This document shows positions 10,277-18,599 of a stretch of DNA of 64,000 nt, in pieces (positions within the stretch are counted from its first letter, which is position 1; the number at the start of each line of letters is the position of its first letter). A program made the position numbers and the translations under genes. The DNA is from a virus (taxonomy: Duplodnaviria; Caudoviricetes): the IMG/VR virus record IMGVR_UViG_3300032030_000057, positions 1 through 64,000 of that record. One strand, given 5' to 3'. The notes under the pieces are model-generated. The model did no database searches. It worked only from the letters and a program-made list of their open reading frames with translations, and was not told the origin of the DNA.

Positions 10277-10413
10277 CGTAATACACTGTATTTCTATATT
10301 TTCTTTTTTTGTACTACTTTCATCTGTTTTGTTTTTCAAAGGTTGAATGAAAGAAGAAAGCCTCTGTCCGAGATGGATAGGGGCTTTCAACAAAATAGAC
10401 GAATATGGAAAAA

Positions 10414-10773
10414 TTAGAAGATTTTCTTCCACCATGGCCTCTTGGCCATCTCAAGGTCAAGCTGCAGGTCTTTGATTTTGCTGCACGCAATAGCGTAGCT
10501 ACCCTCCAGTTCTTTGTAGTTTACATTGTGTTCTCCGATTTCAGCGTTCAACGCGTCGATTGTACTGTTTAGTGTGTCGATATTCCTGTTAAGTTCGTCA
10601 ATCACAGAGACCTTCTTGTCAATGAGCTCGTCAGCCTCCTTCCCATAGGCTTTCCATTTCTCAACATCTTGCGTGAGTTGTTTGTTACGCCCTTTGCTTC
10701 CTGCAAGTTGTCTCTTCAATGAAGTAATTTCATCTTCAAGAGAAGTTTTTACATTCGGTTCGTTCTTTTTCAT
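10414..10773 (-). CDS. Coiled-coil protein with C-terminal RPWWKKIF amphipathic tail
   Basis: Heptad-rich sequence; terminal WWKKIF. Confidence 0.6.
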   Translation of the reverse strand: MKKNEPNVKTSLEDEITSLKRQLAGSKGRNKQLTQDVEKWKAYGKEADELIDKKVSVIDELNRNIDTLNSTIDALNAEIGEHNVNYKELEGSYAIACSKIKDLQLDLEMAKRPWWKKIF

Positions 10774-10823
10774 AATTTACGTAAATTAAGTTAGACAATA
10801 AATATTATATAATAACGTTATAT

Positions 10824-11225
10824 TTAAAAGTCTGGTTTGTTGTATTCTTCCATATCTGGAATGTCATTGACGTGCAACTGACTGTCTTTTATCATCGCAG
10901 CCTCCTGTCTGGCAGAAGCCCGAGGAAAGCTGGCCATATTGATTGTCTGACCAATAACACTGTATCCGTCAACAGTTGTATCATGCTCGACTGCGTACGG
11001 AAACACTTCTCCTTTTACCTCAACAAGCATACCGTTCGAGAAGTGGTCATTAATGTATTTGACAAGGCCCTTCTTGAATATACATTTCCATTGCATATAC
11101 CTGTCAACTACGATAGTCCCGTCCTTCTTCCTGAAGCCTTTCTTGAACTCGTCGACAAATACAAGACAAAAGTCCTGCTGGTACTTTATGCTCGATATGA
11201 ATCCTATTGCCTGAAAACTTGCCAT
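10824..11225 (-). CDS. SSB-like OB-fold protein
   Basis: N-terminal AIGFISSIK, GMLVEVKGE strand, acidic tail ending PDF. Confidence 0.55.
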   Translation of the reverse strand: MASFQAIGFISSIKYQQDFCLVFVDEFKKGFRKKDGTIVVDRYMQWKCIFKKGLVKYINDHFSNGMLVEVKGEVFPYAVEHDTTVDGYSVIGQTINMASFPRASARQEAAMIKDSQLHVNDIPDMEEYNKPDF

Positions 11226-11237
11226 AACCAGTCTGTA

Positions 11238-11387
11238 TTACTTTGCTTTTTCGTAGTCACACTTGTCTATCTCGTAATACCCAGAAACAATCTTACCGCC
11301 GTTAACATCAAGCGCACGGGCGAATTTCGCACATGAGAAACGCTCGTTACACTTGACGTTACAGCATATAGATATTTTAGTTTCCAT
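11238..11387 (-). CDS. Small Cys-rich hypothetical protein
   Basis: METKISICCNVKCNERFSCAKF...; likely start 11387. Confidence 0.45.
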   Translation of the reverse strand: METKISICCNVKCNERFSCAKFARALDVNGGKIVSGYYEIDKCDYEKAK

Positions 11388-11847
11388 GTTGCTCCTGACG
11401 TGGTTTCGGCTGCGGCCTCTTCTTAATCTCAATCTCTACACCCATCTTGGCAAGATGGTTCTTAAGACACTCTGCATATTGCGAACACTGCAGGCAATCC
11501 TCTTCTGTCGGATTGAATTCATCTTCACCAGCATCATCGTTGTTTATTGAGTCCAGCATCTTTCCGAGCGAATAAATCAAATTGAATGAGCTGCCGTTTT
11601 TCTTTTTGATAACATTGTTGATTCCAAAAAGAACAGAGGCCGCAAGTTCAAACTCATCATCGGATGCCTTGGGAGAAAAACCTCTCTCTAGAAGCTTCTC
11701 GAATCCTATGCCTGCATCAGAGGCCTTTCCAGTGAAAAAAGTACATCCGTCTTCTCCGAACGAACAAATCGCAAGAAGCATATCACCCTTCTCTTCGAAC
11801 GAGTTGACCAGCTTCTTCAAATCCTTAAAATTCTTCTTTGTTTCCAT
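11377..11847 (-). CDS. Hypothetical protein (C-terminal CxxCxxxxxC)
   Basis: 156-aa ORF downstream of the promoter at ~11882-11914. Confidence 0.6.
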   Translation of the reverse strand: METKKNFKDLKKLVNSFEEKGDMLLAICSFGEDGCTFFTGKASDAGIGFEKLLERGFSPKASDDEFELAASVLFGINNVIKKKNGSSFNLIYSLGKMLDSINNDDAGEDEFNPTEEDCLQCSQYAECLKNHLAKMGVEIEIKKRPQPKPRQEQHGN

Positions 11848-11881
11848 AAACGTAAAATTTAAACTTGATTATATAAAACTT

Positions 11882-11914
11882 TGCAAAAATAGGTATTTAT
11901 TTTGAATATTCCAA
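11882..11914 (-). promoter_or_regulatory. Bacteroidetes sigmaA promoter (leftward)
   Basis: Reverse strand TTTGGAATATTCAAAATAAATACCTATTTTTGC. Confidence 0.6.
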
Positions 11915-11934
11915 ATGATTTACAATATTTAACG

Positions 11935-14034
11935 TCAGAACGGAGGAGCATCCTCACCACTGTACACACCGAACGGAATTTCCTGCTGTCCTTTTTCATA
12001 CACAGTGGTCTCGTTCTGCTCGTTCCAGAAGTCAGTCTGCTCACCACCACCTTCCCATCCATAGTGTATAACCTCGTCAGGCGCATTTTTGAACCGCCTG
12101 CTCTCAATCTCATAGTGAAGACCGACAAGGACGTCACAGACGCCGTACATGCGGTTTTTTGCTATTTCTATGACGTTTCCGTATCCACTATAGCGTTGTA
12201 TCTCTGCCTGACCATAGAATTCAGCTCCTGCCTTAAGGAAATCTTGGTTAACCCTGTGAATTATAAGTGTATTATCTACAACATTCGTAAGGTCTGACGT
12301 TCCGCTGATATCGTTCTTCCTAAGGAATGCCATTGACTTCCTCGGATGGGCCACTAAGATAACGTGAACACCGTTTTTCTTTGCAAATTCCTTAACCTGC
12401 AAAATAAGCTCCTTCTGCTTATTATTCTTATCTCCATCGAGAAGGTCTATATCAAGAGACATAAGGTTGTCAAGAATGAATACCTTTACGCCTGCTGCAA
12501 GCAAATCCTTCATGTCGTGAAGAATCTCTTCCCATGTACTCCCGTATTCGTTATTGAACAGGAAGAACCGACCCCGCAGCCACTCATCAATCCTCTTTCC
12601 TATATTCGACGGAACAAAATACTTCCCGTCTCCAAATTGAGAAGGCTTGAGGAAATTCTTTCCTGCAGCCGCCATCTGAATCCATGCCTTTAGAATCTGT
12701 GGTGGCAACTCACCAGACCACAGGGCCGTCGGCACACCCTGCTCAACAAAGTTCAGAATAAGACTGTTGATGAGCGATGTCTTACCTGCGGCATTACCGC
12801 CAGAAATCAGCGTGACCTCACTTTCAGCAAAGCCGAGGATGAATCTGTCGAGCTCTATTATACCCGTCTTAACCCTAGGAATAGACGACAGGTCAACCTT
12901 CTCGATTTCGTCCATCTGGAGCCACTTTTTACCTAGTTCTGGCAGCTCTTCCTTGATGACATAGCGAGGCTTCTGCTGTCCGTACACGCGAGATTGTGGC
13001 TTATACATGGGTCTGCTATATGCGTCGGGCTCATAGAATAGTCGAAAATCATGCCATGTGCGGTCTTTACAGTGGGAATGCGTGCAGTTGAAAGTCACTT
13101 TCCCGTCTGGGTCTAGAAACAGTGCAGAATCCCATTTTTTCTTGTCGGAATGAGTATCCACCCAAGGGCAGTATTCAAGTGTAAACCGTACACTCTTTCC
13201 TTGCTGCTCCTCCTTGTAAACGATTCCGTGTTCACTAAGCCATGTGCGCAGGTCAAACTGACTCTGACCCTGATAGGGCCTCCTGTTCGGAACAACCTTC
13301 GGCTCTTCCTTTGGTAGAAGGTCTGCAAGTTCCTTGAATTTTGATAGAGGTGTAGGTACTATATTCTCTGGTACATAAACAATTTCCGACATGCGCCAAG
13401 GTCTGTCAGTAATGTTTGCACCCTTTTTTGCGACTGTGCCGTACAGCTTGCACACCCTTGCTGCATTGAAGTTCTTTTCGTCGAAGTCAACCTTGTCATC
13501 AGTAAACAGAGAGCTCATGTATTTGAAGAAACCCTTTATAATCTCCGTTGTCTCATCGCTTACATCCTCGTCGATATAATATAGGTTATGCCAACCGTTT
13601 CCACTCTTACATATAACTGGGTCGCTAAACCCTTTGCTTCTAAGGAATCTATATACGTCCTGAGCTTTCTTATGAGCAAGCTCGAACTCCTCGTCGCTTG
13701 AGTTCGTGCCGCTTTTTCTTACAGGGTCAAAATCACACAAAACCCAATGCCTGCGAACTATGTCATTGTCGTTTGTGGTTATCTTTGCCTTGATTATCTT
13801 CTCGCATTGTTGTCTTCCGTAACAGGATTCGTCTATCTCGTTCAATACAAAATACAGCTGCTCGTCCTCCATGTCGGCATACGGCTCTATGGAAGAAATG
13901 AGAGAATCAACAGACTTAAAGTAACCGCTATACTGAAAACGTCCGAGTATCCTTACCTCAGTAAAGTTCCCGTCTCCAACAAAGACGTTCCACCATTTGC
14001 GTATAATATCCTTGTCAATCATATCTTCTCCCAA
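11935..14034 (-). CDS. Primase-helicase fusion: AEP-like primase, Zn-binding linker, SF4 (DnaB-like) helicase
   Basis: LCDFDP and SGNGWH AEP motifs; CPW..H..C.H.HC; Walker A GGNAAGKT; ILDNL; VAHPRK; DISGT; KNR. Confidence 0.85.
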   Translation of the reverse strand: MGEDMIDKDIIRKWWNVFVGDGNFTEVRILGRFQYSGYFKSVDSLISSIEPYADMEDEQLYFVLNEIDESCYGRQQCEKIIKAKITTNDNDIVRRHWVLCDFDPVRKSGTNSSDEEFELAHKKAQDVYRFLRSKGFSDPVICKSGNGWHNLYYIDEDVSDETTEIIKGFFKYMSSLFTDDKVDFDEKNFNAARVCKLYGTVAKKGANITDRPWRMSEIVYVPENIVPTPLSKFKELADLLPKEEPKVVPNRRPYQGQSQFDLRTWLSEHGIVYKEEQQGKSVRFTLEYCPWVDTHSDKKKWDSALFLDPDGKVTFNCTHSHCKDRTWHDFRLFYEPDAYSRPMYKPQSRVYGQQKPRYVIKEELPELGKKWLQMDEIEKVDLSSIPRVKTGIIELDRFILGFAESEVTLISGGNAAGKTSLINSLILNFVEQGVPTALWSGELPPQILKAWIQMAAAGKNFLKPSQFGDGKYFVPSNIGKRIDEWLRGRFFLFNNEYGSTWEEILHDMKDLLAAGVKVFILDNLMSLDIDLLDGDKNNKQKELILQVKEFAKKNGVHVILVAHPRKSMAFLRKNDISGTSDLTNVVDNTLIIHRVNQDFLKAGAEFYGQAEIQRYSGYGNVIEIAKNRMYGVCDVLVGLHYEIESRRFKNAPDEVIHYGWEGGGEQTDFWNEQNETTVYEKGQQEIPFGVYSGEDAPPF

Positions 14035-14657
14035 GTTTTAGAAGCCTTGTTCCACTGGATTGTGCCTCGTCCGTTGTTGAGTGTCACACGCGCACCGTCA
14101 GGGCGATTATCATCATTATACCCGTCTGGGATATGCTTGCCGTCGAAGAATCCTATGTACATATAGCACTTATGGTATTCCGTCCATGATAGAAGGCCAC
14201 TGGTAGTCGGCGTATATGTCTCAGTGGAAGATTCCCCTGAGGATATTATCATCGGGTCATAGATGATGCTGTTGTCCATAAAGACGACGTTCATAAATGC
14301 CTTGTCGCGAAGATAACGCTCAAAGTCAAGCTGAAAGCGCAGCTCACGGGAAGACACGTATGCCTTGATATGCGGAAGCACCATGCGATACTCCGAATCT
14401 TTGAGCTTATTCCAGTAGCCCTTGGCATTCTTCTTGCTTCCTTTGCGCCTGTATGCCTTCCAGCATTCCTCAAATAACTCATTATTCTTGTCGTTTGGTG
14501 TGCGAAGGTAATCCACAATCTTGGCCATGTCATCGAAGCTGATGAAATCATTAATGTAGATTCCGTCATCGTCATTCTGGATAACACTTATACTACTATC
14601 TTCAAGTATAGACAGAATGTGGTCTCTTTGTTCTTCCGTTTTCGCTAATAGTTTCAT
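14019..14657 (-). CDS. Putative replication initiator/helicase-loader-like protein
   Basis: FEECWKAYRRKGSKKNAKGYWNKL...FERYL motif typical of phage replisome-organiser C-domains; overlaps the primase start; likely start 14657. Confidence 0.45.
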   Translation of the reverse strand: MKLLAKTEEQRDHILSILEDSSISVIQNDDDGIYINDFISFDDMAKIVDYLRTPNDKNNELFEECWKAYRRKGSKKNAKGYWNKLKDSEYRMVLPHIKAYVSSRELRFQLDFERYLRDKAFMNVVFMDNSIIYDPMIISSGESSTETYTPTTSGLLSWTEYHKCYMYIGFFDGKHIPDGYNDDNRPDGARVTLNNGRGTIQWNKASKTWEKI

Positions 14658-14818
14658 AATCGTGGTTGTTTTAGAAGCCGAATGGACGGTTCTACTCAAG
14701 GCAACCACTCCTCTTTCAAACCGCCCATTTTGGCAAAATTGTAATTACATTTATCTTTATCGTCCGTGCGCCTGATGTGGTTGACAACGCACTACGGAAC
14801 CTTCACTCTGCAAAGGTA
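14657..14818 (-). promoter_or_regulatory. SigmaA promoter plus two-hairpin kissing-loop leader
   Basis: TACCTTTG -7 box; loops CAACCAC and GTGGTTG; second CAACCAC just before the ATG. Confidence 0.6.
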
Positions 14819-14846
14819 GAAAATTTGTTTTTAACTTCCAAAGAAA

Positions 14847-15350
14847 TTAACCATTATTAATAAATTCTTTATGTTGGTTATATAAATAATCGAACATGAT
14901 TTCTGTCTGACTAGCAGCCCATTCCAATGATTTATTAGAAGTAAACTCGCCTCCTCTTTCAAGAATCTTCATGAAAATTTCTCCACGAAGTTTCATCCAG
15001 TACATTTTTTCATCAATCACAGCCTGATGGTCTGCGATAGACTTCGTATCCATAGCCGCAAGCATGTCGCGCAGTTGGTTCTGTGTACGCTCATGCTCCT
15101 CTTCAGACTTTCTCATATGCTCATTCCAGTCATTCATAAATGAAGGTTCTTCTTGAACCTGAGTGAAGTCAAGGTCTGATATACCGTACTTGTTTCCTTT
15201 TTCGTCCAAGAATACTTCACTAAACGGCTCAGATTGTCTCAGTACAACATCAAACTCTCCGTTTTGACTAACATACTTGCATTTAATCCATCTATAAGTC
15301 TCTTCCATAATAATTGTATTATTTACACCAATAATCCTTAAACTATCCAT
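14847..15350 (-). CDS. Hypothetical protein
   Basis: 167-aa ORF in the leftward operon. Confidence 0.6.
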   Translation of the reverse strand: MDSLRIIGVNNTIIMEETYRWIKCKYVSQNGEFDVVLRQSEPFSEVFLDEKGNKYGISDLDFTQVQEEPSFMNDWNEHMRKSEEEHERTQNQLRDMLAAMDTKSIADHQAVIDEKMYWMKLRGEIFMKILERGGEFTSNKSLEWAASQTEIMFDYLYNQHKEFINNG

Positions 15351-15663
15351 TTTTGTTCAATAATGTACTTAGCTTCGAATAGATGCCAACGCGCTTGAGT
15401 GTTCTGATGCGGTTAAAGTCACCGTCCTCTACGCACTGGCGATAGGACTTGCCAAGAACCTTGGGTACTTCCTGTCTGGAGAGTCTCTCGTCGTCAAGTG
15501 CGCGTCCAAGAAGCTCTACCTCCTCCTCAGTACCAGAACACTCGTTGCGTTTGTTGGCAGAGATGATACCATCCACCCAACTACCCAAGCCGAACATGTT
15601 GGCAATAGGCCTTAGTCGGCTCAGGTAGTCGCGGCAGACTGACTGTAGCTTCTCGTTCCTCAT
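15343..15663 (-). CDS. Hypothetical protein, possible small DNA-binding protein
   Basis: 106 aa; LSRQEVPKVLGKSYRQC resembles an HTH. Confidence 0.55.
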   Translation of the reverse strand: MRNEKLQSVCRDYLSRLRPIANMFGLGSWVDGIISANKRNECSGTEEEVELLGRALDDERLSRQEVPKVLGKSYRQCVEDGDFNRIRTLKRVGIYSKLSTLLNKNG

Positions 15664-15863
15664 CTTGTGTGGATGATTTTCTCGAACTCATGTCTCAGTG
15701 CGCCGTCGTCCATGTAGTTGTCAACAAACAGCGCGTCGCAGAGAACGCGCTTAAGGTCCCACTTGGGGAGGGTCTTCAGATAGGAGGAGACGATAACGTT
15801 CTTCTCCTCAATGGACATCTCATTCCAGATGATGTCAAAATTCTCATAATTTTCCATAATCAA
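15660..15863 (-). CDS. Hypothetical protein
   Basis: 67-aa ORF with overlapping start/stop. Confidence 0.55.
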   Translation of the reverse strand: MIMENYENFDIIWNEMSIEEKNVIVSSYLKTLPKWDLKRVLCDALFVDNYMDDGALRHEFEKIIHTR

Positions 15864-15935
15864 AAATTGTTTTCGTGAATAATATCGTTACAAGTCTCGA
15901 ATCCGTACTCGGTAATCAGACGCCCCTTCCACACA

Positions 15936-16325
15936 TCAAAAGGGGAGATTGTCTGGGTTATCATCATCAGACTGTTCTCCTTCGGGAGCAGGAACTGGAT
16001 TCTGTGCCCGTGAGGCATCATTATTCGGTTGTGCATGCTGCTGAGCGCCCTGCTCAAGGCATACGGCCTTCCATGCGGAGAGTTCGGTAAAGTACTTTCC
16101 CTGCCACTCGCGGGACTCGACATCGAAGGATACGTTATACTTCATACCGACCTTGATAGCCATCTTCTCCCATCTGTCCTTGCCCATAACGGAGAAACAG
16201 ACTGCCTTGGAAAACTCTCCTTCTGTCTCGCCTACGAACGAGTGTTTCTCCCATGCGTTACCTGTTTTCTGAGACACTCCTGATAAGGAGTCCAGAATCT
16301 TGATTACTTTGATTGTAATTTCCAT
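15936..16325 (-). CDS. DUF3127-like SSB (OB fold)
   Basis: GVSQKTGNAWEKHSFV..V.F...G..YNVSFD.ESREWQGKYFTEL.AWK; Q-rich linker; acidic tail DNLPF. Confidence 0.8.
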   Translation of the reverse strand: MEITIKVIKILDSLSGVSQKTGNAWEKHSFVGETEGEFSKAVCFSVMGKDRWEKMAIKVGMKYNVSFDVESREWQGKYFTELSAWKAVCLEQGAQQHAQPNNDASRAQNPVPAPEGEQSDDDNPDNLPF

Positions 16326-16356
16326 AATCGTGTTGTTGTTTTTTAATTGTTATTTA

Positions 16357-16938
16357 CTAATATTTCTTTCCGTGGAGCTTCACGCGGCTGGCATTGTAGT
16401 CCATCTTCTTCTCTATATGCCAGAGGAGGTCGATATTATGGAACTCCGCAAAGGCAAAGCAGAAGGAAAGTACCACACTGATGTTGTCTGGGATGACGAC
16501 GCCACGATTCAGGATTCGCGTGACCGCAACGGACATATAGAAGCACTGCTCGCATAAGGTCTTCTTCCCATGGGCATCCATGAACAGGTCGTATGACCCA
16601 ACAACTGCGGGATAGTAGCCTATCGTTCCGCAGAAATCGAACAGGCGGATGACAACGTCGGCAAGCTCATCAGAAGTACTGTCTTTGATATATTCCTCGA
16701 AATACATATTGAACCGTACATCCTCGTCTAATGTACTAGAACACTTCTCATACTCCATCATAAACTTCTTCTTGTCGGCATACCTTCTCTTTCGGTCTGC
16801 CTCTACCATCTCGCCAATCTCGGACAGAACAAGCATCAGGAAATGCTCCGCACTCTTGTCCTCGTCATGGAAACCGTGCTCGCAGGCAATACGGTATGCA
16901 CGGTCTGTTAACTCCTTTGTCTTTTCCTTTGTAATCAT
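16357..16938 (-). CDS. MazG-like nucleotide pyrophosphohydrolase
   Basis: HGFHD..LMLVLSEIGEMVEADRK..DELADVVIRL.D..KMDYNASR.KLHGKKY. Confidence 0.75.
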   Translation of the reverse strand: MITKEKTKELTDRAYRIACEHGFHDEDKSAEHFLMLVLSEIGEMVEADRKRRYADKKKFMMEYEKCSSTLDEDVRFNMYFEEYIKDSTSDELADVVIRLFDFCGTIGYYPAVVGSYDLFMDAHGKKTLCEQCFYMSVAVTRILNRGVVIPDNISVVLSFCFAFAEFHNIDLLWHIEKKMDYNASRVKLHGKKY

Positions 16939-16940
16939 AA

Positions 16941-17183
16941 CTATTTGCTTGTTTGTAATTCCTGTTTCTTGTACTTTTCCAATGTTTCCTTCGCCTGATA
17001 TATCGCTATCGCCTGCATGCCCTTGTCACCCTTCCACACCGCCTTCGCCATGTCTACCATAGCGTCATACAGATGGTCAGCGCAGTACGGATAGCTCGGT
17101 ATGTCTGGGTCGACAACTGGGAAATAAGCCACCGCCTGCTTTCCGCATACACAGCACTTGTCGTCCTTTGCTTCCATGCTCAT
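16941..17183 (-). CDS. Small Zn-finger-like protein
   Basis: CCVCGK...YCADH. Confidence 0.55.
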   Translation of the reverse strand: MSMEAKDDKCCVCGKQAVAYFPVVDPDIPSYPYCADHLYDAMVDMAKAVWKGDKGMQAIAIYQAKETLEKYKKQELQTSK

Positions 17184-17491
17184 CAGTCGCTTGAGTCAAT
17201 ACCGTACCAGAAACCGAGCTCAGGGCAGTTGTACTCATGGATACAGCGACCACGCTGGTAGTCCTTCTCAGTCCACCCGCTGCCCTTAAACTGCTCACAG
17301 TAAGATTTATAAACCCACTCAAGCAGGTCTGTGCACAGGAACTTCCTGAAACCAGTACAAGAACCCCACCGACGGTAGAAGTCGATACCGTTCAAATCAC
17401 CGATGTCGCCTATCGGGGCCAACCTGCGCAAGTCACTAAGCCCAAAAATGCTCACCTTGCGGTACAAATCCATTAACTGATTGTCTGACAT
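17183..17491 (-). CDS. Hypothetical protein
   Basis: First gene after the leftward promoter (TAGATTTG at ~17520-17527). Confidence 0.55.
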   Translation of the reverse strand: MSDNQLMDLYRKVSIFGLSDLRRLAPIGDIGDLNGIDFYRRWGSCTGFRKFLCTDLLEWVYKSYCEQFKGSGWTEKDYQRGRCIHEYNCPELGFWYGIDSSD

Positions 17492-17771
17492 AATGTAATT
17501 GTTTTCGTGAATTCGGCTGCAAATCTAAGCAAAATCTATTATAATCCGTATAAAACGAAAGCAATTTTAACTTCTCACGCGCAAAATTAACATCCTTTTA
17601 TAAATAGTATACTTATTACGTAATATGTATTCTTTACCATAAGAGTATACCAGTAATAATAGTATTCTTATTAATAAGTATACTCATTACACGCGCGTGC
17701 GTACGCGTATAGAACCAAAAATTCAAATACTATGACTGGGAATTATACCGCAAAATCACCAAATTGGCCGT

Positions 17772-17855
17772 TTTTAAGGCCGTAGGACGCGTTTTATGCC
17801 TCAGGTGGATAACTATAAGGCCCAAACAAAAATAAATGCTCTACGGGCTCTAAAA
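17772..17855. repeat. Imperfect cruciform with central GTGGATAAC (DnaA-box-like), copy 1
   Basis: Arms TTTTAAGGCCGTAGGACGCGTTTTA / TAAATGCTCTACGGGCTCTAAAA. Confidence 0.5.
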
Positions 17856-18129
17856 TGCGTTTTTTTTAAAATCGAAAATTTAAAAATTTAAAAATCAAAA
17901 ATTTGAGTGTAGGCACCATGCTCTTTGGCGTCGCGCACACCTCCCCCTCCCCTTATATGTTTTTGTGTTTTTGATAGGCTCAAAATATGTCTTTTTTCGC
18001 TCGTTTATATGAACGTTTGAGAAAGTAAAAATACGTTTTTTCGCTTTCCTTCGCTGATAGTGAAAAACGCGAAGACATAAACCAAACCACCAAACGACAA
18101 AAACGGGCTCAAAAGATTGCATTTGCATT

Positions 18130-18480
18130 TTGCCAAATTTGCCAATATTATATTATTTCATTCTTTATCTTATTTATATCTTATTTTTTAGTATTTATTT
18201 TATCCTGAATATTATATTAATTTTCTTTTATTCTTTTATTATCTCTATACTGATAATATTATATTTATTCTATCCTATAATATTAACAACCTATATATTA
18301 TAACAATCATAAAAAAAATAACAAAACAATATATACATATAGTATATAAAAAGAAAAGTATATAAAAGAAAAAGAATTGTATAAAAACCTTCAATAATTA
18401 ATTATATATAATAATGTACACGTATAATTTTTGCCTATTTTGTAGAATATTCTTTAAAAATCGATAAAATACGGCATTTA
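18130..18480. other. Extremely AT-rich non-coding tract between the divergent arms (origin or genome-end candidate)
   Basis: Almost only A/T, no ORF, located at the switch of transcription direction. Confidence 0.5.
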
Positions 18481-18512
18481 GTCTATATTTTGAGCCCAAA
18501 CGTATATTTTGT

Positions 18513-18543
18513 TTTGTAGTATTTAAATTTCGTCGTAACTTTG
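18513..18543 (+). promoter_or_regulatory. Bacteroidetes sigmaA promoter (rightward, early)
   Basis: TTTG-N19-TAACTTTG. Confidence 0.75.
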
Positions 18544-18576
18544 CACCAGAAAAATTAAAAAATAGTATTAACGAAA

Positions 18577-18596
18577 CAGACAGACAGACAGACAGA
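18577..18596 (+). repeat. (CAGA)5 simple sequence repeat
   Basis: CAGACAGACAGACAGACAGA. Confidence 0.9.
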
Positions 18597-18599
18597 CTT

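Noticed and set aside
17640-17710. GAGTATAC dyad and ACGCGCGTGCGTACGCGT palindromic run as a distinct element
   Set aside because: Real but short and unsupported by a second copy; probably part of the origin/control region
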